Both the position numbers and the translations under genes were made by a program. This document shows, piece after piece, positions 20,376-21,155 of a stretch of 21,155 nt of DNA. Positions within the stretch are counted from its first letter, which is position 1; each line of letters starts with the position of its first letter. The stretch is from Candidatus Velthaea sp. Its GTDB lineage: Bacteria; Vulcanimicrobiota; Vulcanimicrobiia; Vulcanimicrobiales; Vulcanimicrobiaceae. A model generated the notes under the pieces. That model was not told the origin of the DNA, made no database searches, and was given only the letters and a program-made list of their open reading frames with translations. The stretch is taken from assembly GCA_965214935.1 (NCBI GenBank), contig CBDCCS010000029.1:1-21155 (forward strand), written 5' to 3'.

Positions 20376-21155
20376 TCACAGACCGATCGATTGGGGACCC
20401 GTCTCGCGAACATAGCGCGTGAGAAACGCGCGAGCCGCAGCTTCGTGCTCGAGAACCGGAGCCGGATAGCCCGGCGACCCAAACAGGTCGAATTGCAGTT
20501 GACGCGCCGCCCGCCGCGCAAACGGATGTAAAATGGCATCGTCGGTTTCGAGCGCTAATTCCGGTATCCAGCGCCGCACGTAGGTCGCGGCGGGATCGAA
20601 GCGCCGCGCCTGCTTGAGCGGATTATAGATGCGCGGATAAGCGGCCAAGTCTGCGCCGACGCCGGCGATCCATTGCCAATTTCCGGTTGCCAACGCCGGC
20701 GTGTCTTCGATAAGCCAGCGGTCCCATTCGTCGCGCCCGACCCGCCAATCGACGCCCAAATCAAAGCATAAGAACGAGCCGGCGACGGCGCGCACCCGCG
20801 GGTGCATCCAACCCGTGGCGTGCAGTTGCCGTATGCCCGCATCGACGATGGGGTAGCCGGTGCGTCCGTGACGCCACGCATCCAAGAGCCGATGTGTTCG
20901 GGCAAAGCGGAACGCGCGCATCTTCGGCTGCAGCGCGGCCTCGCCCAACGCTTCGCTATGCCAGCTCAACTGCAGAAAGAAATCACGCTGGGCTACAGCG
21001 CGTAGAAACAGCTGCAGCGACGTCCGCTCCTCGGTCAATAAGAATGGATCGGCCAACCGGGCGCATACATCGCGCACGACCGTACGGGCCGCAATTGTGC
21101 CGAACGCCAAATGCGCCGACAGGTGCGCCGTCGATTCGACCGCCGGAACGTTGCG
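20376..21155 (-). CDS. Photolyase/cryptochrome family protein, FAD-binding C-terminal part, 5' end outside the window
   Basis: T.HLSAHLAFG, WRHGRTGYPIVDAGIRQL.ATGWMH, DWRVG, GNWQW, RIYNP, FDP..TYVRRWIPEL. The frame is open to the window edge. Confidence 0.92.
   Translation of the reverse strand, partial: RNVPAVESTAHLSAHLAFGTIAARTVVRDVCARLADPFLLTEERTSLQLFLRAVAQRDFFLQLSWHSEALGEAALQPKMRAFRFARTHRLLDAWRHGRTGYPIVDAGIRQLHATGWMHPRVRAVAGSFLCFDLGVDWRVGRDEWDRWLIEDTPALATGNWQWIAGVGADLAAYPRIYNPLKQARRFDPAATYVRRWIPELALETDDAILHPFARRAARQLQFDLFGSPGYPAPVLEHEAAARAFLTRYVRETGPQSIGL

Noticed and set aside
20189..20539. N-terminal extension of the VOC ORF (256 aa)
   Set aside because: It overlaps the photolyase 3' end and lacks domain features; the SD supports ATG 20188.

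Overview
High-GC bacterial window. Bases 1-12306 hold a minus-strand flagellar cluster: flgB-flgC-fliE, a terminator, a sigma28-type promoter, then flgF-flgG-flgA-flgH-flgI-flgJ-flgN-flgK-flgL-fliW-csrA, a second sigma28-type promoter, and flagellin. P/L-ring genes (outer membrane) together with the FliW-CsrA-flagellin switch suggest a diderm non-enteric lineage, possibly Eremiobacterota/Vulcanimicrobiota (inference only). Flagellin, fliW, flgL and flgK carry about 10 apparent single-base frameshifts, all within the first 4.9 kb, probably long-read consensus errors. The right half has an MsbA-like ABC exporter, a B-box/DUF4870-like membrane protein, a secreted M28 peptidase, a hypothetical gene, two YbjQ/UPF0145-like genes, a decayed ArsR-SRPBCC pair, a VOC protein and the 3' part of an atypical photolyase-family gene. 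Most notable: CsrA-type GGA sites in several flagellar leaders (including fliW and csrA), a three-hairpin flgF leader, a rod/ring operon apparently under sigma28, three nearby genes with internal deletions, and a photolyase homolog lacking CPD-repair residues but carrying a possible beta-clamp motif. All family calls are by eye; no searches were run.
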